In this document: positions 1 to 11,200 of the stretch, one piece after another | How positions within the stretch are numbered: the first letter of the stretch is position 1 | Layout: each line of letters begins with the position of its first letter | Source of the DNA: Sporopachydermia quercuum | Taxonomy: Eukaryota | Direction of reading: 5' to 3' | Assembly: GCA_001599295.1 (NCBI GenBank) | Contig: BCGN01000007.1 | Span: forward strand, 12,433 to 76,432 | Length of the DNA: 64,000 nt | Notes under the pieces: model-generated | What the model was told of the DNA's origin: nothing | Databases searched by the model: none | The model's input: the letters and a program-made list of their open reading frames with translations, nothing else | Position numbers and translations under genes: made by a program

Positions 1-525
1 AACAATTGTTATGGATTACTTCTATTTGTTTCCTATTGTTTATCTACCCCAGTTGAAAGCAAGTAAGGTACTTGTCGTAGTAGTTTTCTACAACAGTTAA
101 CATTAGAATAGATAACTTTTAAACTAAAANCAGCTGATAATACCATTTATATACAGGGTTTTTTATATGTGGGTTTATAACCCAGATTGCTTCTAGTATC
201 AATTATCATCCTATATTCCTTTATCCATTAATTGGTATCGTTCTAGCTTGAATTGCTAACAAAATAATTCATCCAGCGTGTTGATCAAAAGTTAAATTCC
301 AAACTGGTAGCTGAGTAGACTCCTCGCATTTCCTTTTTCAGATTAAAGTTGTTCCNTTAGGTGCTTTGAATTGTCATTATTATAAGAAATTTCTCTCCGC
401 ATTATAAGAATCAAGGGTTTCAAAGAATTGAATCTAATGAAATTAGAATAGGCCAAAAATTGTTCAAACAGAGGTAGGGTTGAAAGTTAGGACTAAGTAG
501 TTTGATAGTAACGCTGATGGATCAT
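1..525 (-). pseudogene. Degraded pepsin-like (A1) aspartic protease relic, runs off window start
   Basis: With frameshifts, the minus strand reads N-Y-F-V-x-I-Q-A-R-T-I-P-I-N-G-x-E-Y-R-M-I-I-D-T-R-S-x-x-W-V-I-N-P (DTRS codons at 189-200). This matches the A1 pattern Y..I.VGTP..F.V..DTGS..LWV with both Gly codons changed to AGA. It has many stops and frameshifts. Confidence 0.45.
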
Positions 526-1209
526 AAAAAAGATGACTGACAGCAACTCACAAATCTAAAAACACTTAAGTATGGTATTGCCCTAACTACAGGCCCATAT
601 CACATATAGTCTTAAAATATTTTAATTACTTGTTTCTTGAACTTATGATAGCATTGTATTAATCTTTTGAAGAGGAAGAGGGAAAGAAAGTAAAAATGTC
701 AAATGTTCATTTTAAAGCTAAACTTAATATTAGAGTTTACGTAATAACTGTATGAGAAATTAACTCCGATGGGGTCCAAAACTTCCTATAGTAGTAGTTT
801 TCATCAAATAAACTTCATGTGTGGAACAAGTAGTTCCAAAAGCTTATAAACTATATATTAAATAGTCTTGTTCGTAAAGCCTATTTTAAATCTTTCTTAA
901 TATTTTTTTCAAAGAGCTAAACAATAGAACGATCTAACTTGCTTTGTCGATTGCATTTTTCTCTGTGAATTTATTGGTAGGACATTGGTAGAATTTCAAA
1001 CCTTATACATTAATTAGGTAGGTCAATTATTGAATGCATTACTATTAAGTGCTATTTAAAGTTTAATTACAGCTAACTGTAAGTAGATGTAACCCGAACT
1101 GATAGATAACCATCTACCATGGAACCATCAAACTTACCACCATAAAGACAAAAGAGGGAGCAGGCAAAAAATGTGAAAATAATAGTCATTATCTTGTTTA
1201 AAAACTATT

Positions 1210-2830
1210 AGGCCACAGATAGAACTCCCACTTTTCTGATACGATAGCTGATTGAAATTCTTTTCAGTAATCGACATTGAAACAAACCACCGTTTGTTAT
1301 CATTCTTTTTTGATTAATCGTTGGTTGGATCTTTGGTATGCCAGTGATTGGTATTCATAGATTAACTTGAAACAATCCTCCTGGTAATCGTTTCATAAGA
1401 AATTTACAAATATCNTATATACAAGATTTACTTCATTGGCTCATTCATCCAGTTCTAAATATGAATGCTGGACTGTAGAATCATCACAACATTAAATAGA
1501 ATATTGAGGATGCAGCAAGATTTAGCATCTATTCTTATTATCTACTATTATTCTTCTGTGTTATCATTAACATTGAAATATGGTTTATCAGTTAAATTAC
1601 AAATTCTATAATTCTCTAAGCACTCTTCAGGTAAGATTTGGAACACTCGTATTCGATCGCAATACTGTAGATACTTTCATTTCCTTCATTTTCAATCGCT
1701 GAGCAATTAATATGAACTTCTAAGGCACCAAATAGTATACTTTAACATTATCTTGTTATGTCTATTATGAATCACCGTTCCCGTTATTTCTTTATTAAAT
1801 CCTTGTTGTCCACCATAAAACCCTCGACTCCTTTTTCATTTCTCTCAAGATCGCTTGTCACTCATAGTAAATGAACCATTACTTATTCCATTGCCTATTG
1901 AGCCTCTAGTGTGTTACCAAAAAAATGATATCATTGAGATAATCTTCTTCATTACTCTACTTGTATTCTAATGGATTATTGTGCACTATATGAGCAGCGA
2001 TTGTAGCTCCTTGGAATAAATGAAAGCTAATTTGAATGCTTCAAAGTGAAGTTAATTAAATCTCCACTTGCTTTTGATACTCTGAAGTTTGGCGATCAGT
2101 GTAGATTGTTGAAGTTCATTTAAAAGAGTTTAATATGCATTATTGATTTCCAATGAAGAACTTGCAGAATGCTCTGAAGGCATACCTTTGTTAACATATT
2201 TAAAGGAATCCTTCCGAGAGATGTTTTCTGAAGAATCAATTCTGCTGTTACTACTCTCAGTTGATACTGTATCGACAATATCAGTAGGACTACTTCTGTC
2301 ACTGTATATTCTTCTTCTTTATGAGCATTAATACATATCTGAGCCAGACATCAACTGGCCGTCACTAAAATGCAGGTTTCATCAACTGGATTATCTAATT
2401 CCTTTTGAATGTTCATGCTTAGTATTACGTCAGGAAGTCATTCTGCTAGATTAATAATATGGATATAATTATTCATGCTGTTACATTGAAAAGGCGTTGA
2501 ATCTTTACCAATGAAAGGAAACATCAAGTCTTTTCAACGATAAATCGCCTTATAAACCTGTTTGGTATGGTGGAGAGAAATTTTCCAAACAATCAGCAGT
2601 AATAACTGGTATGTTTCTATCCAGCGGTTGAAGTATCACATTCGCACTATCACATGCACCTCTAACCAATATATTGCTTGCTTGTCAGTTTCCAAACTTG
2701 GTCTACTTTTAGACTGCTATTGCGCTTATCAGTTTGTTATTTCTACACAAGAATCGCGTAGTAGATATTACCATTCGACCAATTGTTTTAGAATATGGTA
2801 TATTATGTGATTGAAAGATATGAAAGACAT
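1210..2830 (-). pseudogene. Degraded ORF of unknown family
   Basis: Long coding-like minus-strand segments (e.g. SNILVRGACDSANVILQPLDRNIPVITADCLENFLSTIPNRFIRRFIVEKT; RRRIYSDRSS...INNAY*TLLNELQQSTLIAKLQSIKSKW; SILFGALEVHINCSAIENEGNESIYSIAIEYECSKSYLKSA*RIIEFVI*LINHI) are broken by single stops and frameshifts. Boundaries are approximate. Confidence 0.35.
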
Positions 2831-3442
2831 GATCTGACTATAGCTAAGATAACTGAATAGCTTGATCTACTAATTTTATGGAGAAGAAAGGAAAAGACTG
2901 AGTAAAAGCCTACAAAAGCTGATTTCGCTCATATTCGAACATATGAGCTCAATAAAAAACATTTTTTCGCTTAGGATCACGATCACAACCCCATGAATGC
3001 TTGATCATTGTTCTTAGTACATTTACTCCATAATTTCTCCGAAACTCAATTTAATCTCCCGTTAGTTTTTCCGCAAATTGAGCTAAAATTTAAACTTTAT
3101 ATAGTCAACAAGAAATTGTGTTTGTGTCACGTGACCTTTTAACCGATGATCACATGATTCATTAGACACTAGTCGGATATTCTAATAACAGTTAAGAAAA
3201 GAGCAATGCAATGAACTAGTCCATTTATACTAATTCACTGTTGCCATTTAATGAAAGAAGATTGAATCTCTATGTGAGTCTCATTCCACATTAGTTCTAA
3301 TATCCCTTTCGATTTATCACTACCTGGTAACATATCTACTTCATCTATTATCAAATGGCTTTGCTAACACGATAAGTCATTTATATATAGGTATCCCAAA
3401 AAGATTACATCTTATTTTAACAATACCTCAAAGTATATCACA

Positions 3443-4495
3443 CTATATTCCTTGCATCTGTTTCTTTCCTTCTGGTGCTAACTTGGCCAACAATGCTAGC
3501 TCCTCTAAATCCCCGTCCCACCATTCATATCCATACAGTTGATACCATTTCACTGTTTCCCGTAGCCCAACCGTGAATGTTGTCATCTGTTTCCAGCCTA
3601 AAGTAGATATTCTGTCCGAGTTGATGACATAAGAATGATCATTAAATGGCCTATCGGTGACATAAGATACGTAGTTCTGATACTCATGTCCTGGAAGTAC
3701 AATTTGACATAGTTGCTTACACACATCAATATTCCGGACCTTCTCGGTACTACCAGCGTTATAAGTTTCTCCAATCTTTCCCTTTTCTGCTACAAGCATA
3801 ATAGCTTTCACTGCATCTTCAATATATAGATAGTTCCGAATTTGATTGCCGGATCCTTGAATGGGACAACTTCTTTTCCGAAGCAGTAAAAGAGTAAATC
3901 GCGGTATAATCTTCTCGGGAAACTGACCCGGACCATATACATTATTCAGTCTAATTGTCACAATAGGCAAGCCAAAGCTTTTCATGTAGGCATGACACAT
4001 CAGCTCGCTAGCAGCTTTGGATGCAGCATATGGTGTAGACGGTTTGAACGGACTTGTCTCGGTAAACTCGCTAGTTTCAGAATCGCTTTCACCATAAACT
4101 TCATCTGTAGAAATATAAATAAATCGTTTAACGTCACAACTCCGAGAAACCTCTAAAAGTGTATGTGTTCCAAGATAATTATTGGTAGAAAACTTAAGTG
4201 GCAATAGGAATGAAGTGTCTACATCACTCTCGGCAGCAAAATGCAGTATTGTTTCTATACGGTGTTCCTTGACGAGTTTGCTTATTGCTATTTGATCTAA
4301 AATATCATGCTCATAGAATATGAAGTTGTCATGTCGTTGCAATAGCTTTATTGCCTTCCGAGAAGAACAATAGTTCAGTTTGTCAAGGCCGATGACTTTG
4401 GTCGTGGAGCTGGATGATTTGAGTAGAGCTCTAGCAAAATTTGAGCCGATAAAACCTCCAACGCCAGTTATCAGGATGCTATTTGAATTGTCCAT
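3443..4495 (-). CDS. dTDP/UDP-glucose 4,6-dehydratase (RmlB/TGDS/GAL102-like, extended SDR), ~350 aa
   Basis: ILITGVGGFIG Rossmann motif, LDKLNY, HFAAES, STDEVYG, YAASK (YxxxK), NNVYGPGQFPEKIIP and DRPFND. The first ATG is at 4495; the ORF track starts at a GTG upstream. Confidence 0.9.
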   Translation of the reverse strand: MDNSNSILITGVGGFIGSNFARALLKSSSSTTKVIGLDKLNYCSSRKAIKLLQRHDNFIFYEHDILDQIAISKLVKEHRIETILHFAAESDVDTSFLLPLKFSTNNYLGTHTLLEVSRSCDVKRFIYISTDEVYGESDSETSEFTETSPFKPSTPYAASKAASELMCHAYMKSFGLPIVTIRLNNVYGPGQFPEKIIPRFTLLLLRKRSCPIQGSGNQIRNYLYIEDAVKAIMLVAEKGKIGETYNAGSTEKVRNIDVCKQLCQIVLPGHEYQNYVSYVTDRPFNDHSYVINSDRISTLGWKQMTTFTVGLRETVKWYQLYGYEWWDGDLEELALLAKLAPEGKKQMQGI

Positions 4496-5869
4496 ATCAA
4501 ACAGAAGAAGCGGATGCCGTAGGGTTCTGAGAGGCGGAACGGAAAAGAATACGTTAGAAAGTGTCAAACTATGAGTGTGACCGCTAGAAAGGCAGATTAG
4601 GTTTGATGGCCGCACTGGGTTGACTGCCCAAGACAGCTGGGATTATTTGATTATCGAAACCCCAAGAATTACGGAATAGGAACCCGAAAATAAAGTACTC
4701 TAATTGGACCAAGATTTCGGTTCTTCCGAGTTCTGAAAGCGTGTTCTGAGGTTCAAGACAAGTGCAATGACACGTACTTTGGCACGAATGCTGGTTAATG
4801 ACAGTGACAAAATAAAGCAAAAACACAAAAGCATAAGCAAAGAAAACGATACGACGGCAAAACAAACATATTATACTCCATCATCTTATAAGCCATCAAT
4901 TCTGCAACAATTTTCCCAATTTTGTTTGTTCTTCTCTACAACATCATTGTCTTGCTTTGACCCGTGTTGGGTTCTAGATGCAACTAGTAAGTGGTAATAT
5001 TTGACATAGGACATAGATGGGCAACTACATCATAGCGTGACTTTTCACACATGACAGAAGTCATACATCCACGCATCTTAGCACTATAATAAAAGTAACA
5101 GAAAAGCTCCAAAAATATTATGCATGACATACATAGTTCCTGTTTATTTTGCATATGTTGCATATCCATATACCTCATAACTGTTATGCTCATCTAAAGT
5201 ACAAATATTACCAGTATTGTCTTGGTAATTGCCTTCAACGCTCTTTCATTTTTTAATTACAAAACAAAATCTCAAAAAGCAGCAAAATTTTTGTATATTC
5301 ATCCTTTTCTCAATTTTAATGAAAGACTCAGGTCTTTAGAAGAAAAGATCTAAGCTTTCACCCCTCCTGCATGTTTATATCCATCTCTTTTACATAGAGT
5401 TAAAGTTCTTCATCAGTACATATCACCAAAACAATATTTTTTTTATTCAAATCAACAAAACAAATCAACTTCCTTTATACTTTCTGGCCAACATGGCTAC
5501 TAGATAACACAAAAGTTTTACGTACGAACCAATTTGCCTTCATTGTATCACCTCATCCCCAATTTTTATGCATATTTTCTGCAGTCATTTTGTTGATACA
5601 TATATCTTGCACAAAACCTTAATATTTTTGCCCATGTAGTCAGTAACATGTTACAAAGTGGAAAAACTTCTTTGCACTTCTATCACCTTTACTGCTATTT
5701 TCTTCTTCTTCTCCTTATTTATACCTGCCTTACCCACTATTTATTCCTATCTGCCCCCTGTCTGATCTGTTTTGAACAGTTACAAGCTCAAAATTAATGT
5801 CCATATATTAGAAACAGATATTTCCCCTCCATAAGTCACTCAAATTGAGCGTATCACTCTGTATTTGGT

Positions 5870-7552
5870 ATGAAAAGATCACAAGAAAATTTACATTCTG
5901 GCGGCAAGAAGAGTAAAACAGAAACAATAGCGGAACCGGAACAAACCCATCTCGGAGAAGATATAGAAATGTCGGAACAAAAAGAAGACTTTTTCACGCC
6001 TGTCGGCAAAGTCGCTGAGAAAATAGATGAATCTGGGGCCCAATCAACTCGAACATCATCTGATTCCCGGGAACCGACCCCTTCTGGTCCCTCAATTCCC
6101 ACCGGAAGCTCGGAAGGTACCGGTGTACAGGAAATCGAATCATTGTGTATGAATTGCCATAAAAACGGAACAACCCGGCTTCTACTCACTAAAATCCCTT
6201 TCTTCCGAGAAGTGGTCATCATGTCTTTCCAATGTCCTCATTGTGGCTTCCGAAACTCTGAAATCCAATCCGCTGGGGCTATCCAGGAGAAAGGGTCCAA
6301 GTACATGCTTAAGGTGGAGAACAAAACCGATTTTAACCGGCAAGTGGTGAAATCAGAAACCTGCTCGGTCAAATTTGCAGAGCTTGATATTGAAATTCCC
6401 CCTAAAAAGGGTCAATTGACCACAGTTGAAGGTTTATTAATGCAAATAGCCACGGATCTAGAATCTGATCAACCGGCCCGCAAACATACTGAGCCACAGT
6501 TATATTCAAAGATTGAAGAGGTCATTAATAAGATCAAAGCTACCGTGGCAGCTGAGCCGGGTTATTTACCTCTTACGGTGATTGTAGATGATCCATCGGG
6601 TAACTCCTGGATTGAATTTGTACCGGGTGAACCGGCACACAAATGGTCTCATGTGGAATATCAACGCAGCGATGAGCAAAATGTTGCTTTAGGTTTACTT
6701 GATCCGAACGTGTTGGTACAAAGAGAAGCGGAGGCGGAAGCACAGACACAAACACAAACAGAGCCACAGCCTATTTCTACTACCTCAACGACTCCCGACG
6801 CCGGCTCCGGTCCTGCTGCCTCCAATAGCTCAGCTGGTGCTGGGGGCTTCATTTCTGATCAAACTCCGGTAGAAAATCTAGAAGCCGAAGTACAAACCTT
6901 CAACGCCACCTGCCCCACTTGCCATTACCCTACCCCCACTCACATGAAAATAGTGAATATCCCTCACTTCAAAGACGTGATACTTATGTCCACTGTTTGT
7001 GACCACTGTGGCTACAAATCCAATGAAGTTAAAACCGGCGGCGCCGTTCCCGAAAAGGGAAGAAAAATCACCCTAAAGGTAACAGATCCCGAAGATTTAA
7101 GCCGAGATTTCCTCAAATCGGAAACTTGTTCGGTGAAAATCCCTGAGTTGAACCTAGATTTAAACCCCGGCACTCTCGGAGGCCGCTTCACTACTCTTGA
7201 AGGCATCCTTAAAGAGGTCCATGATGAATTGGAGTCTAAAGTGTTTACCGAAACATCCGATTCCATGGATGCTAGCACGCGGGCCAGATGGACCTCGTTT
7301 CTAACTCGGTTGGACCGAGCTATTAAAGGGGAAGTGGAATTTACCATCATTATGGAGGATCCCATGGCGGGATCCTATATTCAGAATGTATATGCTCCTG
7401 ATCCCGATCCAAATATGACGATTGAGGATTTTGAACGAACCCCGGAACAGAATGAAGATTTAGGTTTGGTGGGGGCCAATTTTGGAAGCGGGGTCACTAA
7501 AGCTGGTGCCGGAACCGGAACCGGTACTAAAACCGAAATGAAGGGTGAATAA
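5870..7552 (+). CDS. ZPR1: Zinc finger protein ZPR1 (eEF1A chaperone)
   Basis: Two C4 ZnF + A/B modules (CMNC..CPHCG; CPTC..CDHCG). MSEQKEDFF at the second ATG (5969) matches the budding-yeast Zpr1 N-terminus as I recall it. Confidence 0.96.
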   Translation: MKRSQENLHSGGKKSKTETIAEPEQTHLGEDIEMSEQKEDFFTPVGKVAEKIDESGAQSTRTSSDSREPTPSGPSIPTGSSEGTGVQEIESLCMNCHKNGTTRLLLTKIPFFREVVIMSFQCPHCGFRNSEIQSAGAIQEKGSKYMLKVENKTDFNRQVVKSETCSVKFAELDIEIPPKKGQLTTVEGLLMQIATDLESDQPARKHTEPQLYSKIEEVINKIKATVAAEPGYLPLTVIVDDPSGNSWIEFVPGEPAHKWSHVEYQRSDEQNVALGLLDPNVLVQREAEAEAQTQTQTEPQPISTTSTTPDAGSGPAASNSSAGAGGFISDQTPVENLEAEVQTFNATCPTCHYPTPTHMKIVNIPHFKDVILMSTVCDHCGYKSNEVKTGGAVPEKGRKITLKVTDPEDLSRDFLKSETCSVKIPELNLDLNPGTLGGRFTTLEGILKEVHDELESKVFTETSDSMDASTRARWTSFLTRLDRAIKGEVEFTIIMEDPMAGSYIQNVYAPDPDPNMTIEDFERTPEQNEDLGLVGANFGSGVTKAGAGTGTGTKTEMKGE

Positions 7553-8250
7553 GCCAAAGATGCTGAAGACGCCAAAGTTTGAGCTTACTAGGGCGTATTA
7601 GGCCGAGTGCATTGTGGAGCTATGTTGAAGAAGGGGAAGGAAATGCCAATAGTTGTCGAAACTACCTAGTTGGGTTTTTAAACAGAAGTATACCTGATTA
7701 GGGAATAAGTTATCTTGTTTGGGTTAACCTTTGGTTAAACCTAAGCTAAATTTGTCAAATTGGAACCGTTAGGCATCCGTATTACTCCGTTCAGTCCTTT
7801 CAGTGCTGTTTTAGTCCAATTACCGAATCCAGTCTATTTCAGCCATCGTTCCCAAAATGGTATTCGCTATCTAATATGATCATAAATGATTCCAATTAGG
7901 TACACTATCTACCTAATTGGGAAATTCCCCGGTAAGATATCCGAATCTCGGATCATCTCGTCAACTAGTACATGTATAGATAAAGTTTTAATTACAATAT
8001 TTTGGTTATATATTTGCCTATTACAGTTAAATGCTTCCTAAAACGGTAAACTACTAATAAACACCACTCGTAAAAGTGCCCAATTCGCTGATATTGTGTT
8101 TTCAAGGAGAATCGTAATAACCTTCCCAATTAGGTAAACATGCGTCTAAATATAGAAATTGTCTCTATTCATGCATATATATACTTAATAACTCTAAAAT
8201 CTAACTGTTCCCGAGTCGTTCCTAACCCTTCCGACCGGTCCAGAACTTTG

Positions 8251-11200
8251 CTATGTAAAATAATCTTCTCTAGAAACTTTCCGGCGTCGGGATCGGACTG
8301 GTGAGCTTTGTGGATCCCGATTTATTCCCGTAGTTAATACTGAAGCAGTTTCATCTTGCTCCGTTACAGGCGTCATTTTCGGAGCAAACCGAGAGAAATA
8401 TTGATTTCCTACCCTGCCGATTACTCCTCCATAATCGTCACTCGCCCCGCTCCCGGTTCCGTCTATCCTGCTTCCCGCATCATCCGAAATCACCCGACTT
8501 AACTCGTTCTGATCATACACAAACTCCCCATCGGCAGTCTGTACCATATGCAACTCCGAGGCCGAGGCCCGCTCGGCCATCATATCTTGCTCCACAAATG
8601 AAACTACATCCGAGTCGTAGTAATCCAACATCCGATCCCGACCCAGATCTCCATCCCGTTCTTGATCCTGGTCTTGTCCGGGTTTAAAAGTGTTAAGCTC
8701 CCGTAAGACCTCTGCTTTTTCGCGTTTCGACATTGAGCTTTCCGGGATTTTCCGCAACTGGAGAAACTTTATGCGGGTCACAAATGTTAAAATGCACCCA
8801 AATTCTCGGGCCGATTGTCTCCGTTGCCGAGCTTTCACTTCTAGCACGTAATAATGGCAGAATTCGGTCAGAGATAAACAGCTGTAGTCGAAAAGGGCAT
8901 AAAATGCCACATGCTTGAGGACCACGTGAAAGGGAATAAGCTCATGGTTTTGCGCTTCAGTTTCACAAATAACTTCATGGCAAAACTGCTCAAAACGGTC
9001 ATTGCGGTCAGATAATTGCTGTAATAGGCCATCCTGGCGGAATATCTCCATATCGGTGTTGATAATGTCCCAGTTGAGTTTGTAATCATAAAGCGGGAAA
9101 TATGCATTGTTCGTAATTTGCGGATGCGGGGACCGTGGTGGCGGCCGCATAACCAGGCTGATAGTTCCGGTATCATTTCCGTTGCCTTTCCCGTCCCTAT
9201 TGCCGGGTTCTTGCATCCGGGCCGCTAATTTGTAGCTTCTAAGGCCAATACCAGTCTTCTCTTCCGTTCCCGCTTCCGCGCCGACTTTATCGGCTTCCAC
9301 CCACCGGTTCCGCAGTCTCCTCAGTCCTAGTTTTCTCAACCCCGCTTCGGTCCCTGCTCCTCCGCTTTCGCTTCCCGTTCCGCCTAGGTCCCGCCGCTCT
9401 AAACTCAAAACTCCGCTCAGACCCCGCACAAAGGCCCCTAACTGCTCCTTGGCAATCATCCCGCGGCCCTTCCCGTCAAACTCCCGCCAGCGCCGCTTGA
9501 ACTTTCGCACCTCCTTGCGCGTTAGCTCCCGGCTCGGCCCCGCATGCTGGGACACATACGAGAAATTCTCCAATATTAACGACACAAACATACTTAAAAA
9601 CATGTACATACTTAAAATGTTCCACGAGATAAATAACACATAAGCCCAGGCTTTATTTCCGCAATCTGTCTCGGACAAATCCGAGGAGGCAACACAAAAC
9701 GGTGGCTCGATTATGTAATCAGTCATTAGCTCGTCCCACCCTTCGCCAAACGACATCCGAAATAGTAGAATTAAGCCCTGAGGAATGTTTCGGAAGGTAT
9801 ATCCCAAAGAGGAATTGGCACCGAGCTTAGTGAGCCCGAAGATTTGGTTCATGGCGATAGCGTAAGCAATAAAAAGAACGCCCCAGGTGAATAAAAGAAT
9901 ACAAACGACCATTAAGGACGAATTAGATATTTTAGCCAATTGGTCTAAAGTGTCCGAAAGGGGGATTACCAGAAACAGTAATAGGACAATAAATAGTTTG
10001 TTTATATTGAACCAAATCCGGTCTTCCATGGGCAAGAAGAGATAAATAGCTGAGGTTGAAAAGGCTAAAAGGCCCATAATTAGAAGGTACAAACCCCAAG
10101 GCCGCAAGAGTAAGTTTCTGACGCCCAATGCGATAAATTGCACTAAGCCCAAAATCAGAATCAGAAACGACGCTAAAAGATAAATAACCTGTTTTATCGT
10201 TTCAACTGCGGTTCGGCCCGGATAAATCTCCATAAGCAGACCCAAAAGCACAAGAACTAAAGTCGAGAACAGCGCAGTATTGAATTTAGCGCGGTTAACT
10301 GTACAGAATTGGTAACACTGCAGCCGAATCCGCTTAAATCGGCTAAATCGCCCATTTGGGTCAATTTTCCCTAATTCAGGGCGCGGAGTCAACCGAACCC
10401 CCGCTAATATCTTCTCCGTCTCCGTCCACGCCACCTGAGCCTCTGTTAAGTACGCCGACCCGGTAGTCTTCGAATAATATGATATAACCACTGCTATAAA
10501 CATAGTTAAAATAAACACTGTGCCGAGGAAATTGTACAGAAGTACAAATACCCCACTACCCGGCGACGCAAACGTTTCCGGCGGGTTACCCGGCCCGGTG
10601 ATCGAGGAAACAACTGACATTACATCCGTCCACCCTTCAAGCGAGGTTATTTCAAACATAGTTAACAAAGCCGAGCGGAAATCGTCGAAACTGAACCAAT
10701 AGCCTATAAATACAGAAGGGGAAAGCACGTCCCAATTAAGAATCGAATTTGGGAACTCGTAGTTACACTCGGCAAGACTCAATTCGGAATTTGTACACAC
10801 TCCTAACTGACCGGAGAAGATGTTCAAACCCCAGATGGAAAACGGAAATAATAAACACATAGAAACGGCCCCCGCCACCAAGATGTTGCCTAAACCGGAA
10901 ATAATCATGTCGTGGAACACTTTAGATGCCCTAGCTGAAACTGTAAGCAACCTTAATGCTCGCAGCGCTTTGAACGCCCCCACCGCTCGGTTGATTTCCT
11001 TATCCAGCGAAAAAGACGCGCTTACCGAGATGTAAAGGGAAATAAGCACTACTAAATCAATGCAATTCCAGGTAGAGGCCAAATACGCGTTTGGGGTAAA
11101 CGCAAACCCGTCGGCCAGAACTTTAATGGCAAATTCAAGCGTGAACACAACTAAAAACACCAAATCGGCAATCACGGAAGTGGGGTGCCCAGCAACGCTT

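Noticed and set aside
3126..3157. GTCACGTGAC as CDEI of a point centromere
   Set aside because: No >90% AT CDEII or CDEIII at the right spacing. Similar E-boxes occur at 16681, 28842 and 62104, consistent with ordinary Cbf1-type sites.
4527..4865. 93-aa hydrophobic ORF (4584-4865) and a possible intron 4527-4777 (GTACGT...TTCTAAC...CAG) upstream of the dehydratase
   Set aside because: No ATG-initiated upstream exon splices in frame with the dehydratase, and the ORF starts at a non-ATG codon. At most it is a 5'-UTR intron; unsupported.
7720..7745. Imperfect hairpin GGGTTAACC-TTT-GGTTAAACC between ZPR1 and CCH1 3' ends
   Set aside because: Short and imperfect. Bacterial-style terminators are not relevant in a yeast nuclear genome.
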